In this document: in pieces, positions 18,606-29,046 of the stretch
How the letters are laid out: each line of letters opens with the position of its first letter
How positions within the stretch are numbered: position 1 is the stretch's first letter
Source: Rubripirellula sp.
GTDB taxonomy: Bacteria; Planctomycetota; Planctomycetia; Pirellulales; Pirellulaceae
Assembly (NCBI GenBank): GCA_965216875.1
Contig: OZ244207.1
Location: 2,976,001 to 3,040,000, forward strand
DNA length: 64,000 nucleotides
Direction of reading: 5' to 3'
The notes under the pieces: generated by a model
Seen by the model: only the letters and a program-made list of their open reading frames with translations
Database searches by the model: none
What the model was told of the DNA's origin: nothing
Translations under genes and position numbers: made by a program

Positions 18606-20177
18606 ATGACAGACAATCCCGTGCCAAACGATGGAGACGGAACCGATCCACGCGTCGCTCGTCGCGAGAAGTTGAGCAAGCTCGTCGAAAAAGGGATCGA
18701 TCCGTTTGGCAGTCGCTTTGATGACCGCACGCTGGCCGGTCAGTGCCGCGAGATGAAGGATCAAATCCAATTCTTTAAGCAGGATGGAACCGAAGTCCCG
18801 TTGCCCGATTTCGAGGATCCCGATCTCGATTACCGAATGTGGAAATCCGAGAATGGTCCAGGTGAAGAAAAGGGACCAACCGTTCGCGTTGCAGGACGGA
18901 TCAAGTTTTCACGCGACAAGGGCAAGCTGATCTTCCTTACCCTGCGTGACTGGACGGGCGAAGTCCAAATCTTCATCGGCAAGAAGCAGGTTGGCGACGA
19001 AGATTTTGAGATGGCCAAACTCTTCGACCTCGGCGACTTGGTCGGTGCCGAAGGTCGCTTGGGACGAACCAACACGGGCGAATTGACCGTCTTTGCCGAA
19101 CGCCTGTTCTTCCACACCAAGATGCTCGAGCCACCGCCGGACAAGCACGCTGGCCTAGCAGACCCTGAACTGCGGCAACGCATGCGGTATGCCGACCTGG
19201 CATTCAACGATGGCGTGATGGAGACGTTTCTCAATCGCACCAAGATCGTCAAGTCGGTCCGCCAAACGCTCGATCAAGACGGGTTTTGCGAAGTGGAAGG
19301 CCCTACGCTGCACACCGTTGCCGGCGGTGCCGCAGCACGCCCGTTTGAAACGCACCACAACGCGCTCGACATGCCACTGACGATGCGCATCGCGCTCGAG
19401 TTGCATCTCAAACGATTGATGGTTGGCGGAATCGAGCGTGTCTACGAATTGGGACGCGTCTATCGAAATGAAGGGATTAGCCCCAAGCACAACCCCGAAT
19501 TCACGATGCTCGAAGTCTATCAAGCCTACGGCGACTACGGCTCGATGATGGATTTGACCGAGCAGTTGATCTGCAACGCGATCGATGCGATCGGCGGTGG
19601 CTACAAACGCGAGTACGACGGAAACATCATCGACTTCACGCCACCTTTCAAGCGCGCGACGTATGCCGAACTGTTTCAACAAGCGACGCAAATCGATCCT
19701 GCCGACGACGAAGCCGTTGTTCAGTATGCGGCCAAACTCGGACTCGACACCGAAGGCAAGCACCCCGACGTCGTCCGCAACGAGATCTTCGAAGAAAAGG
19801 TCGAAGACACGCTCGAAGGTCCGATCTTTGTGATCGATTACCCCGCCAGCATCTGTCCGCTGACCAAACGAAAGCGAGACAATCCGGCGATTGCCGAGCG
19901 GTTCGAACTGTTCATCCTGGGCATGGAACTCGCCAACGCCTACACCGAATTGAACGACCCCGACCTCCAAGAAGAGCTCTTCAAGACTCAGCTCGAAGGT
20001 CAGGACGAGGAAGACTCGATGGCAAAGATGGACCACGACTTTGTGCGTGCGTTGCGTTACGCAATGCCGCCGGCGGGAGGACTGGGCGTCGGTATCGATC
20101 GTCTGGTCATGTTGCTGACAGGCCAAAAGTCGATCCGCGAAGTGATCCTCTTCCCGCTGCTACGCAACGAAAGCTAG
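18606..20177 (+). CDS. lysS: Lysine--tRNA ligase (class II)
   Basis: OB-fold VRVAGRI, GGAAARPFETHHN, YRNEGISPKHNPEFT, GLGVGIDRL. Confidence 0.98.
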   Translation: MTDNPVPNDGDGTDPRVARREKLSKLVEKGIDPFGSRFDDRTLAGQCREMKDQIQFFKQDGTEVPLPDFEDPDLDYRMWKSENGPGEEKGPTVRVAGRIKFSRDKGKLIFLTLRDWTGEVQIFIGKKQVGDEDFEMAKLFDLGDLVGAEGRLGRTNTGELTVFAERLFFHTKMLEPPPDKHAGLADPELRQRMRYADLAFNDGVMETFLNRTKIVKSVRQTLDQDGFCEVEGPTLHTVAGGAAARPFETHHNALDMPLTMRIALELHLKRLMVGGIERVYELGRVYRNEGISPKHNPEFTMLEVYQAYGDYGSMMDLTEQLICNAIDAIGGGYKREYDGNIIDFTPPFKRATYAELFQQATQIDPADDEAVVQYAAKLGLDTEGKHPDVVRNEIFEEKVEDTLEGPIFVIDYPASICPLTKRKRDNPAIAERFELFILGMELANAYTELNDPDLQEELFKTQLEGQDEEDSMAKMDHDFVRALRYAMPPAGGLGVGIDRLVMLLTGQKSIREVILFPLLRNES

Positions 20178-20188
20178 CAAAGCCCCCT

Positions 20189-20405
20189 GTGAGCCGACGG
20201 CGCTAGCCGCGGGCCCTTCTGTGTTTGACTAGGTACCGTGCGCTCCAACAACACCCTCCCGCTTGCGGGAGGGTCGGACGCAAAGTCCGGGGAGGGCATG
20301 ATCGTTACAGAACAAACCCTCTCCGGGCCTTAGAACCCGACTCTCCCAAGGGAGAGTGTTAATTCCAAGCCCGAAGATTCCGGCGAAAGCTCGGTACTAC
20401 AAACG
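20189..20405. repeat. REP-like mosaic: family C, inverted family A pair, family D
   Basis: C 20189-20216; A 20252-20297 with an inverted variant at about 20318-20358; D 20373-20405. Confidence 0.88.
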
Positions 20406-20514
20406 AGCCGCCAGTTTGCCGTTTACCTCTGCCGGCACTCTTCCCTAGACTCCAACGCGAAACAGACTTTGACCGTCACGGATGACGGCTCATACGACTG
20501 CCGAAGGAGCGGCT

Positions 20515-22086
20515 ATGTATCGTTGGTTGCTGTGTTTTAGATATTTGCGCACGCGGTACATCGCGCTCGCGTCCATCATCAGCGTCACGCTGGGCGTTGC
20601 GACATTGATCGTCGTCAACAGTGTGATGGCCGGTTTCTCAGCCGAGATGCACGACCGGCTGCACGGACTCGCTTCGGACATCTTGATTGAATGTCACGCC
20701 AGTGGTGGGATGCCTCAACCCGAAGCCCACCTGGCTGAAATCAAACGCATTTGCGGCGACGACATCGAGGGCGCTTCGGTCAGTGTCCATGTGCCGGCGA
20801 TGTTGTTGATCGAATTCAATGGACACACCATTCGCCGACACGTGAACCTTGTCGGGATCGACGCCGAAACTTATGACTCGGTGAGCCATTTTGGACGCTA
20901 CCTTCTGCATCCGGAAAACCAAAACCGCGTCGTCTTTGATTTGCACGAAACCGGTTACGCACCCGACCGTGAGGGTTTTCCCGAATCGGGCTGGGGATAC
21001 CGCCGCGCTCGCGACGCCTACAACAAAGCGCTCGAAGCCGAGCGAGCTCGCATCGAAGCCTTGACCCGAAAGGTGACCGAACCGGCCGAAGAATCGACTG
21101 CGTCGGCTGGACCTTCGTTCGGCGGTCCCGGATTCCCAAGCACCGCTCCGCCGGAATTGCTTGAAGAGGGCGAGGACCTGAGCGACCTCGAATACGACCC
21201 ATCGACCGAGCAATCGCCAGGGATCATTCTCGGAATCGCGACCTGCGGGACGAAGACGCGTGGGGCCGACAACGAAGTCCGCGACGAATTCTGGTGCCGC
21301 CCCGGCGATGACGTTCGCGTGATCTTTCCAAACGCATCGGAAAAGAACCCAGACGCCATCAACCAACAGTTTACGGTGGTTGACCTGTATGAATCGGGCA
21401 TGAGCGAATACGACAACACGTTTGCTTTCGTGCGTTTGGATGAACTTCAAGACTTTCGCGGCATGATCGACCCGCTGACCGGCGATCGCCGTATCACAAC
21501 GATTCAATTGAAATTGGCGGCAACTGCGAACCTGAACGAAGTCCGCGACAAGTTGCGTGAACGCTTTCCCGCCCACACCTACCCCTACAACATCCAAACC
21601 TGGCGTGACATGCAAGGCCCGCTGTTGGCCGCTGTGCAACTCGAAACAACGATCTTGAACATCCTGTTGTTCCTGATCATTGCCGTCGCAGGATTCGGAA
21701 TCTTGGCAACGTTCTTCATGATCGTTGTCGAAAAGACTCGCGACATCGGCACGCTCAAAGCGCTCGGCGCATCGGGTGGTGGTGTGATGAGCATCTTCCT
21801 GAGCTACGGCCTGCTACTTGGGGTCGTTGGCAGTGGCGCCGGCTTGGTCGGTGGGCTGGTCTTTGTTGACAACATCAACGGCATCGCATCGGTGATCGAA
21901 AGGATCACGGGGCAAGAGGTCTTTGACCCGACCGTTTACTACTTCAGCGAAATACCGACGATCATCAATCCGCTTACGCTTGCTTGGGTGATGGCCGGCG
22001 CCGTCGCGATCGCCGCAATGGCGAGCGTCTTGCCAGCCATGCGTGCGGCCCGCATGCATCCGGTGACAGCGTTGCGATTCGAGTAG
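20515..22086 (+). CDS. Lipoprotein-releasing ABC permease, LolC/E family
   Basis: VTLGVATLIVVNSVMAGF, MIVVEKTRDIGTLKALGA, VYYFSEIP, HPVTALRFE; AAGGAG RBS. Confidence 0.9.
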   Translation: MYRWLLCFRYLRTRYIALASIISVTLGVATLIVVNSVMAGFSAEMHDRLHGLASDILIECHASGGMPQPEAHLAEIKRICGDDIEGASVSVHVPAMLLIEFNGHTIRRHVNLVGIDAETYDSVSHFGRYLLHPENQNRVVFDLHETGYAPDREGFPESGWGYRRARDAYNKALEAERARIEALTRKVTEPAEESTASAGPSFGGPGFPSTAPPELLEEGEDLSDLEYDPSTEQSPGIILGIATCGTKTRGADNEVRDEFWCRPGDDVRVIFPNASEKNPDAINQQFTVVDLYESGMSEYDNTFAFVRLDELQDFRGMIDPLTGDRRITTIQLKLAATANLNEVRDKLRERFPAHTYPYNIQTWRDMQGPLLAAVQLETTILNILLFLIIAVAGFGILATFFMIVVEKTRDIGTLKALGASGGGVMSIFLSYGLLLGVVGSGAGLVGGLVFVDNINGIASVIERITGQEVFDPTVYYFSEIPTIINPLTLAWVMAGAVAIAAMASVLPAMRAARMHPVTALRFE

Positions 22087-22151
22087 TCGCTAGAGTTTCA
22101 TTCACACCTGACACATCACAACCCACCAACCGCCAACGCGGAGAAGTCCTG

Positions 22152-22874
22152 ATGAGCGAAACGCCTTTGCTAAGCGCCCGCGGCATCTTCAAGAGCTACC
22201 ACAAGGACAAGATTGAAGTACCTGTCCTGCGCGGTGTCGACGTCGATATCACGCCTGGCGTGGTGACGGCATTGGTTGGACGCAGTGGCTCGGGCAAGAG
22301 CACACTGATGCACTTGATGGCGACGCTTGATCGTCCTGATCAGGGCGAGATCTACTACCAAGGCAAACGGATCGACAACGCCAGTCGCGCCCAGCGCGAT
22401 GCGTTCCGCAACCAAGACATCGGCATCATTTTTCAGTTCTATCACCTGCTTCCAGAACTATCCGCCATCGAGAACGTGCTGGCGCCGACGATGATCGGCG
22501 CCAGCTTCCTGAGCTATTTCCGTACGCGCAAGGAAAAGCGTCTGCGTGCCGAAGCGATGCTCGATCGGGTTGGCCTGCTGCACCGAGCAACCCACAAGCC
22601 GTCCGAAATGAGCGGCGGTGAAATGCAACGTGCCGCCATCGCCCGCGCCTTGATGACCGACCCAACCCTGCTGCTGGCCGACGAACCGACTGGCAACCTC
22701 GACACCGAAACGGGCCGCGACATCTTGAAGCTGCTCAACGAACTCAACGGCGATGACGGGCTGACGATCGTGATGATCACCCATGACGATGCAATCGCCG
22801 AAGATGCAGATATCTGCTACCGCATGCAAGATGGCATGCTGCAAACGGAAGCTCCCGTTCTGCAAGCTGCTTGA
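22152..22874 (+). CDS. lolD: Lipoprotein-releasing ABC ATP-binding protein
   Basis: GRSGSGKST, MSGGE, LADEPTGNLD; follows lolC/E. Confidence 0.85.
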   Translation: MSETPLLSARGIFKSYHKDKIEVPVLRGVDVDITPGVVTALVGRSGSGKSTLMHLMATLDRPDQGEIYYQGKRIDNASRAQRDAFRNQDIGIIFQFYHLLPELSAIENVLAPTMIGASFLSYFRTRKEKRLRAEAMLDRVGLLHRATHKPSEMSGGEMQRAAIARALMTDPTLLLADEPTGNLDTETGRDILKLLNELNGDDGLTIVMITHDDAIAEDADICYRMQDGMLQTEAPVLQAA

Positions 22875-22925
22875 GCGATCGGCCAAATCGCGATAGGCTG
22901 CTCGGAGCTAGTTGTGGTTGTTCCT

Positions 22926-23076
22926 ATGTCGCCTTTCGCTCCGCGAAAGTAGCGTCAGCCAACGCAGCGTATTCACTCAAGTGGGTTGTGACTCACGTAA
23001 GCAGGAGGAGCATGAATCCTGCAGGCGTGGGGCAAAGGCCCGAGGCCTCACGGCCAGCGGCTCACGAGCAATGCCC
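22926..23076. repeat. REP-like mosaic (family F + family C variant)
   Basis: 22926-22956 is the exact reverse complement of 30984-31014; 23025-23076 closely matches the reverse complement of 37488-37540. Confidence 0.88.
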
Positions 23077-23191
23077 TGAGTTGGGCAAGTAGTTGTGCTG
23101 TTGAAACCGTACTTATTGTTTGTTGCGGCTAGCGCCATGCCGCTCATCGGGCGGCGTACCCGTTGCCCTATTCCGCCAACAGAGAGTTGTC

Positions 23192-24742
23192 GTGGACGTC
23201 GTCGTTCTCCACTGCCATTTCGAACGTGGCGGTGTGACTCAAGTCGTCGAGAACCATGTCCGCGCCCTGGCCGAAACGTCTTCGGGCGACGACCGAGTTT
23301 TCCTCTTTAGCAGCTCTCGACGCGGCGGTCTGTCGCCACAAACTGAGTCGAGCACGACGGCGCTGACGCTTGACCCGTTTGACTACGACACCAAGTCGTT
23401 CTCCTGTCAGAAAAATGCTGAGCGGGCCAAGAGGCTTGCCGACGAGATTCAGCGGCAACTCACCGCCGCGGGCATCCAGCGCACCAATGCCATTCTTCAC
23501 TGGCACAATCACTCTCTCGGCAAGAACACCGCTGCACCCGCCGTCGCCGCCGAACTTGCCCAGCGAGGATGGCGACTGCTACTGCAAGTCCACGACTTCG
23601 CCGAAGACAATCGGCCGTCAAACTACGCTGGCCTGATTCGATCCATCGGCGCGACTTCGCCGTCCGAGCTTGACGCCTCTCTCTATCCCGTAGCCAATCA
23701 GATTCACTACGCCACACTCACCGGTGGCGATGCGAATGTCTTAGAGCGACTCGGAGTTCCCAGCGACCAAGTCCATAGCCTCCCCAACTGCGTTTCTTTG
23801 ACTGGAACGCAGTCGAATGACCAAGAGGCGGCGTTGGACAAAGTCCGTCGGCTGTTCAACCTTCCCGACAACGCGCGGTGGTACCTGTATCCGGTGCGCG
23901 GCATTCGTCGCAAGAACGTCGGCGAGTTCTTATTGTTGACGCGATGGCTCCCCGAGCACGCCTATGGTGCGCTCACCCTACGACCGACAACGGATGTCGA
24001 AGCGCGGTCGTACGAGCGGTGGCAATCACTGGCAAAGAGCGTTGTTCCCAACCTCATTTTTGATGCCGGTTCGAATCCAGATCTTTCGTTCATGGAAAAC
24101 CTAACCGCCGCCGATGCGATCCTCTCAACGAGCGTTGCCGAAGGCTTTGGGATGGCGTTCCTGGAGCCATGGCTCGCCGGTAGACCAGTGGTCGCACGGG
24201 AACTGGCGGGCGTTACGGACGACTTCCGTTCCGCGGGCGTCACCATGGATTCGCTTTACGAGGCGATCCCCGTTCCTGGTGATTCGTCATGGCTTGAATC
24301 CTGCCGCGCCGAGTATCGCCACGCCCGCGATCAAGCTTGGGATGTGATCCCCCGAGGCTTCCACCCGAATTCCAGCGACGACTCGCTAGGCGACTCCACG
24401 CTCATCGACTTTGCTGCGCTCACGCCTGCTCGCCAACAGGAGGTGCTTGAGCGCGTTGCGACCGATGATGGATTCAACAATGAAATGCGATCGCATTCAG
24501 AGACGCTGATCAACAACCTGCACAATCCGCCGACGTGCGAAACGATCGCAAAAAATGCGAGTGTGATCGGTGATGTCTACAGCACAAACCTGCAGGGACA
24601 ACAGTTGCGAGGAATCTATCAACAATTGCTCGAAGCATCGTGCGACTCCAACATCGAGGCTCCGCAAAACGCTGGCATGGCCGTCAACCTGGTCTCGGAA
24701 ATGAAGCCGTTTTACCCCTGCCGAACCGAAACGCTCACGTGA
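23192..24742 (+). CDS. GT4-like glycosyltransferase (candidate glucosyl-3-phosphoglycerate synthase of the MGG pathway)
   Basis: GGVTQV, HNHSLGKN, HDFAED, PVRGIRRKN, STSVAEGFGMAFLE; assignment from gene context. Confidence 0.75.
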   Translation: MDVVVLHCHFERGGVTQVVENHVRALAETSSGDDRVFLFSSSRRGGLSPQTESSTTALTLDPFDYDTKSFSCQKNAERAKRLADEIQRQLTAAGIQRTNAILHWHNHSLGKNTAAPAVAAELAQRGWRLLLQVHDFAEDNRPSNYAGLIRSIGATSPSELDASLYPVANQIHYATLTGGDANVLERLGVPSDQVHSLPNCVSLTGTQSNDQEAALDKVRRLFNLPDNARWYLYPVRGIRRKNVGEFLLLTRWLPEHAYGALTLRPTTDVEARSYERWQSLAKSVVPNLIFDAGSNPDLSFMENLTAADAILSTSVAEGFGMAFLEPWLAGRPVVARELAGVTDDFRSAGVTMDSLYEAIPVPGDSSWLESCRAEYRHARDQAWDVIPRGFHPNSSDDSLGDSTLIDFAALTPARQQEVLERVATDDGFNNEMRSHSETLINNLHNPPTCETIAKNASVIGDVYSTNLQGQQLRGIYQQLLEASCDSNIEAPQNAGMAVNLVSEMKPFYPCRTETLT

Positions 24743-25641
24743 TGAATAGCGACCAATCAAACGCTCCCCAAAACGACAACTGGCTCGACGCTGTCCTTCG
24801 GTTGCGATCTCCCCTCGAGCCGATTGCGACCAAGATTGAACCCAAACTCGGTTTCATCCCAAACATCCGCGCCGTGATCTTTGACATCTACGGAACGCTT
24901 ATCGTCTCAGGGACAGGCGATGTCGGCTCGGCTGATGCGACCGATCGTGGAACGCACCTGGCCGAAGCCTTTGAAGCAGCGCAGATTCAACCTGCCACCC
25001 CACCGTCGATCGATGTCCTTCACGACCAGATTCGCGACTCAAACGACGCCCGCAAAAGCGAAGCCTGCCCCAAACCCGAAGTCGACATCGCTGACATATG
25101 GCGCAAAAGCCTCCGTCAATGGAGTCCCGACCAGCCCGCGCCGACGACCGAGTCGGTAATTCGGCTTGCCGCAGAATATGAGGCTCGCTCGAATCCAACT
25201 TGGCCGATGCCGGGTGCCAATGATCTGATCAACACACTCAATCAACACGATCTTCAATGCGGAATCGTCAGTAACGCCCAAATCTTTACCGTCCGGCTGC
25301 TTGAAGACCTGGTTGGCGGCCCCTTGGACACCGCTTTCCATTCGGACCTGTGCATTTTTTCCAACCGCTACCGTCAGGCGAAACCTGGCCCACGTCTTTT
25401 CGATGCCCTGGTGCACGGGCTCAAGCGAAGTAAGATCGAACCCGAGAAGTCGATTTACGTCGGAAACGACATGCTAAACGACGTCTGGGCCGCATCGGTG
25501 GCCGGACTGAAAACCGCTTGGTTTGCCGGAGACCAACGGAGCTGTCGCCCTCGATCTGACGATGATCGCTGCAAAAACCTCGAGCCTGATTTGGTCCTGA
25601 CTGACCTGATGCAGTTGCTCGAATGCTTGGAAATCAAGTAA
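24742..25641 (+). CDS. HAD-superfamily phosphatase (candidate MggB-type)
   Basis: FDIYGTL, IVSNAQ, KP, YVGNDMLND; TGATG coupling with the upstream gene. Confidence 0.85.
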   Translation: MNSDQSNAPQNDNWLDAVLRLRSPLEPIATKIEPKLGFIPNIRAVIFDIYGTLIVSGTGDVGSADATDRGTHLAEAFEAAQIQPATPPSIDVLHDQIRDSNDARKSEACPKPEVDIADIWRKSLRQWSPDQPAPTTESVIRLAAEYEARSNPTWPMPGANDLINTLNQHDLQCGIVSNAQIFTVRLLEDLVGGPLDTAFHSDLCIFSNRYRQAKPGPRLFDALVHGLKRSKIEPEKSIYVGNDMLNDVWAASVAGLKTAWFAGDQRSCRPRSDDDRCKNLEPDLVLTDLMQLLECLEIK

Positions 25642-25761
25642 AAGCTCGTTGCGTCAGCCCTGTTTCGCTGACGCAGCAAACGCTGATATGGAAGATCAGC
25701 GAATCGGTAGGCGGGGCCAAACTGATATCAGAACCCTGATCACCTAAGCATTGAAGACACC

Positions 25762-27027
25762 ATGGGCGTACAGATTGGGTTTGTTGGAACACGTTTTTCC
25801 GGGACCGACGGCGTTTCACTCGAGAGTGCAAAATGGGCCCAAGTTCTTTGGGATCACCGACACGTCAGCCATTGGTATTCAGGGCTGAGCGATCGCGATG
25901 ACGACACATCGATGGTGGTGCCGCACGCCTATTTTGGTCATCCCGACATCGAGTGGATCAACCGCCGCGCGTTTGGAACGCTGACCCGCGTCCCCGATGT
26001 CACACAGCGCATCTATGCGCTCGCCGACTACCTGAAGGGAACACTCTACGAATTCACGCGTCGGTTCGACCTGGACTTGCTGATCGTGCAGAACGCGCTT
26101 TGCATTCCAATGAACATTCCGCTGGGCGTTGCGCTGACGCACTTCATCGCCGAAACGGGCTTTCCGACGATTGCGCACCACCACGACTTCTATTGGGAAC
26201 GTGATCGGTTTAGCGTTTCCGCAGTGACCGACCTGTTGTGGATGGCCTTTCCGCCAGCGCTACCGCAGATCCAAAACGTCACAATCAACTCCTTCGCCCA
26301 AGAAGACCTGGCCCACAGGCGCGGGGTCTCGTCGATCCTTGTGCCCAACGTGCTCGACTTCGAAAACGAACCTCCCGAGGCGGACGAATACGCGCAAGGA
26401 TTTCGTGCTGACATCGGCCTGGAAGACGACGACATCATGTTCCTTCAACCCACGCGCGTCGTTCCGCGCAAAGGGATCGAACATTCGATCGCGTTGGTCG
26501 CTGCGCTCAAAAACCCCAAGTGCAAACTTGTGATCTCGCATGCAAGTGGTGACGAGGGCAACGAATACCTCGGGGCACTTCAAGAACTTGCCGAATCGAG
26601 CGGCGTCGAAATGCTGCTCTGTGACCGACACGTCGGGGACAAGCGGTTTGTGACTGAGGACGGCTACAAGGTTTACACCCTCGCCGACGCCTATTCACAA
26701 GCGGACTTCATCACCTACCCCAGTATCTACGAAGGCTTTGGCAATGCGCTGCTCGAGGCGTTCTATTACCGGAAGCCCGTCTTGGTGAATCGGTACTCGA
26801 TCTACATCGCTGATATCGAACCAAAAGGGGCAAAAGTAATTGCTATGGACGGTTATCTCACCCGTGACGTGGTCGCAAAGGTAGAACGCATCATCCAAGA
26901 CGACGAATACCGCGACGAGATGGTCGACTTTAACTACGAAATCGGTAAAGCTTTCTTCAGCTACAGCGTGCTTCGCCGAAAGCTGCGAGCGTTGGTGACC
27001 AACTTCACCGGCCAAGAACACCTGTGA
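25762..27027 (+). CDS. mggA: GT4 glycosyltransferase, probable mannosylglucosyl-3-phosphoglycerate synthase
   Basis: [43 protein letters not shown]; context of HAD phosphatase and GH13_18. Confidence 0.7.
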   Translation: MGVQIGFVGTRFSGTDGVSLESAKWAQVLWDHRHVSHWYSGLSDRDDDTSMVVPHAYFGHPDIEWINRRAFGTLTRVPDVTQRIYALADYLKGTLYEFTRRFDLDLLIVQNALCIPMNIPLGVALTHFIAETGFPTIAHHHDFYWERDRFSVSAVTDLLWMAFPPALPQIQNVTINSFAQEDLAHRRGVSSILVPNVLDFENEPPEADEYAQGFRADIGLEDDDIMFLQPTRVVPRKGIEHSIALVAALKNPKCKLVISHASGDEGNEYLGALQELAESSGVEMLLCDRHVGDKRFVTEDGYKVYTLADAYSQADFITYPSIYEGFGNALLEAFYYRKPVLVNRYSIYIADIEPKGAKVIAMDGYLTRDVVAKVERIIQDDEYRDEMVDFNYEIGKAFFSYSVLRRKLRALVTNFTGQEHL

Positions 27028-27070
27028 TCGAAAGCCTTTCGCAGGTCCTACTGGCTGACGCTCTCGCCTA

Positions 27071-27181
27071 GGCTGTGAATGATTCAAAGTCACGTTTTGC
27101 TCCGCAAGACCAGCGTCCACAAACGCAACTTTCGCGGAGCGAAAGGCGACTTTGAAGAAGCGACCGAATCCATTCACAGCC
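27071..27181. repeat. Nested inverted repeat with a family F pair
   Basis: Outer arms ggctgtgaatg/cattcacagcc enclose aaagtcacgttttgctccgc...gcggagcgaaaggcgacttt. Confidence 0.8.
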
Positions 27182-27215
27182 GCGCCGCGAAGCCTTACCT
27201 GACCTTGCGGGAGCG

Positions 27216-28910
27216 ATGATGTCACTCGACAGTGTTACGACAGGGCTGCTAACGGAAATCTACGGCGACGTTCCGAGCGAATTGTCCGCCGGCCTTCTTG
27301 CACTTTACGACTCCGCTGGCGACGCTTCGCCACCGGAGGAACTCTGGGACGAAAACGACGTTGTCCTGATCACCTACGCCGACCAGATCCGCGATCCCGG
27401 ATCGACACCACTGGTCGCCCTCAAGAACTTTTTGCTCGATCACCACCTTGCCGAGCAACTCTCGTGCGTGCATCTGCTTCCCTTTTGCCCTTACACCAGT
27501 GACGATGGATTCTCGGTCGTCGATTACCTTGCCGTCGATCCCGATTCGGGGTCCTGGGAAGACATCGCGTCGCTGGGTCAATCATTCGACATGATGTTTG
27601 ACCTGGTCTTGAACCATGCTTCCCAAAAGCACGCTTGGTTCCAAGGCTATTTGCAGGGTGACGAAGCCTACGACAACTTCTTCATCGACCAAGATCCCTC
27701 CGTTGATCTTTCGCAGGTCGTCAGGCCACGATCGCTTCCTCTCTTGACACCTTTTGAATCGGCAAACGGCACGAAGAACGTTTGGACCACCTTTAGCGCC
27801 GACCAAGTCGATTTGAATTACGCCAACCCACGAGTGATGTTGGCCATGATTGAAACCCTCGTCGAATACGCGCGCCGCGGCGCTCGAATCATTCGACTTG
27901 ATGCGATTGCCTTTCTCTGGAAAGTCCCCGGCACAAGCTGCATCCATCTACCAGAAACGCATGCCGCCGTTCGGCTGATGCGTCATGTCCTCGACCGCGT
28001 CGTCCCTGGCACTTTGGTGCTTACCGAAACCAATGTGCCGCACGCCGAGAACATCTCGTACTTTGGCAGCGGAACGGACGAAGCGCACATGGTTTACCAA
28101 TTCAGTCTTCCACCGCTGCTGCTTGATGCGATCCACAGCGGCCAGACCGCGGTCCTTCGCGATTGGCTCGGTAGCCTCAATCCACCCTCATCGCTGACCA
28201 CCTTCTTCAACTTCACCGCATCGCACGATGGCGTGGGTGTTCGTCCGCTCGAAAACATCGTGCCCAACGAGCGAGTGCTTCAATTGGCCGACAAGGTCCG
28301 CAGTCAAGGCGGTCGCGTGAACACGCGCCGAAACCCAGACGGCAGCGACAGCCCCTATGAATTGAACATCACTTACGTGGACGCCGTCGCCGACCGCTCC
28401 AAGGTCGATCCACCCGACCACGCACGCCGATTCCTCGCCACTCAAGCCATCATGCTTGCCATGCAAGGCGTGCCGGCTGTCTACTTTCACAGCTTGGTTG
28501 GTTCCCCCAACGATATCGAAGGCATGGAACAATCGGGGCAAAACCGACGAATCAATCGACACAAGTACGACCGTGACGAACTGGAGGCGGCGCTCGCAGA
28601 CCCGCACTCACTTCAGCGACGTATCTTTGACGGCTATCGGCGACTACTGACCGAGCGTCGCAAGCACAAAGCGTTCCATCCGGCAGCTTCCCAATCAGTC
28701 CTCGACCTACCAGGTGACGGGCTGGTCGGCTTCACAAGAACGGCTGCCGATGGATCCAAGGTGACGCTTCTTGCCAACCTTTCTGATCAACCCAAGTCGA
28801 TCGATCGACAATCCATCGATGTCGAACTGAAACACGATTGCCTAGCCGACGAAGCCATCGAAGGCGATAAGATCGACCTGCGTCCCTACCAAGTCCGCTG
28901 GATTGTGTGA
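27216..28910 (+). CDS. GH13_18 phosphorylase, probable glucosylglycerate phosphorylase
   Basis: RLDAIAFLWK, GTSCIHL, TETN, ASHDG; loop YELN rather than the YQxN of sucrose phosphorylases. Confidence 0.85.
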   Translation: MMSLDSVTTGLLTEIYGDVPSELSAGLLALYDSAGDASPPEELWDENDVVLITYADQIRDPGSTPLVALKNFLLDHHLAEQLSCVHLLPFCPYTSDDGFSVVDYLAVDPDSGSWEDIASLGQSFDMMFDLVLNHASQKHAWFQGYLQGDEAYDNFFIDQDPSVDLSQVVRPRSLPLLTPFESANGTKNVWTTFSADQVDLNYANPRVMLAMIETLVEYARRGARIIRLDAIAFLWKVPGTSCIHLPETHAAVRLMRHVLDRVVPGTLVLTETNVPHAENISYFGSGTDEAHMVYQFSLPPLLLDAIHSGQTAVLRDWLGSLNPPSSLTTFFNFTASHDGVGVRPLENIVPNERVLQLADKVRSQGGRVNTRRNPDGSDSPYELNITYVDAVADRSKVDPPDHARRFLATQAIMLAMQGVPAVYFHSLVGSPNDIEGMEQSGQNRRINRHKYDRDELEAALADPHSLQRRIFDGYRRLLTERRKHKAFHPAASQSVLDLPGDGLVGFTRTAADGSKVTLLANLSDQPKSIDRQSIDVELKHDCLADEAIEGDKIDLRPYQVRWIV

Positions 28911-29038
28911 GCCGTACGCGCTAGCGTCGGGCCTTCCGTAGCTACGCTCGCCAGAGCGTGGGGCAGTGTAGAGCGACTGACCAGCACAACCACCTTCTGG
29001 CGAAGGTAGCTACGGTATCACTGTGATCCGAACGCGCC
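28907..29038. repeat. About 116-bp C+E composite unit plus the truncated start of a second unit
   Basis: gtgagccgtacgcgctagcgtcgggcc...cgtagctacgctcgccagagcgtg...tctggcgaaggtagctacggtatc, then gtgatccgaacgcgcc. Confidence 0.92.
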
Positions 29039-29046
29039 CTAGTCCA

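Noticed and set aside
19155..21639. Long minus-strand ORFs (323 aa and 333 aa)
   Set aside because: Antisense shadows of lysS and lolC/E, typical of GC-rich codon usage
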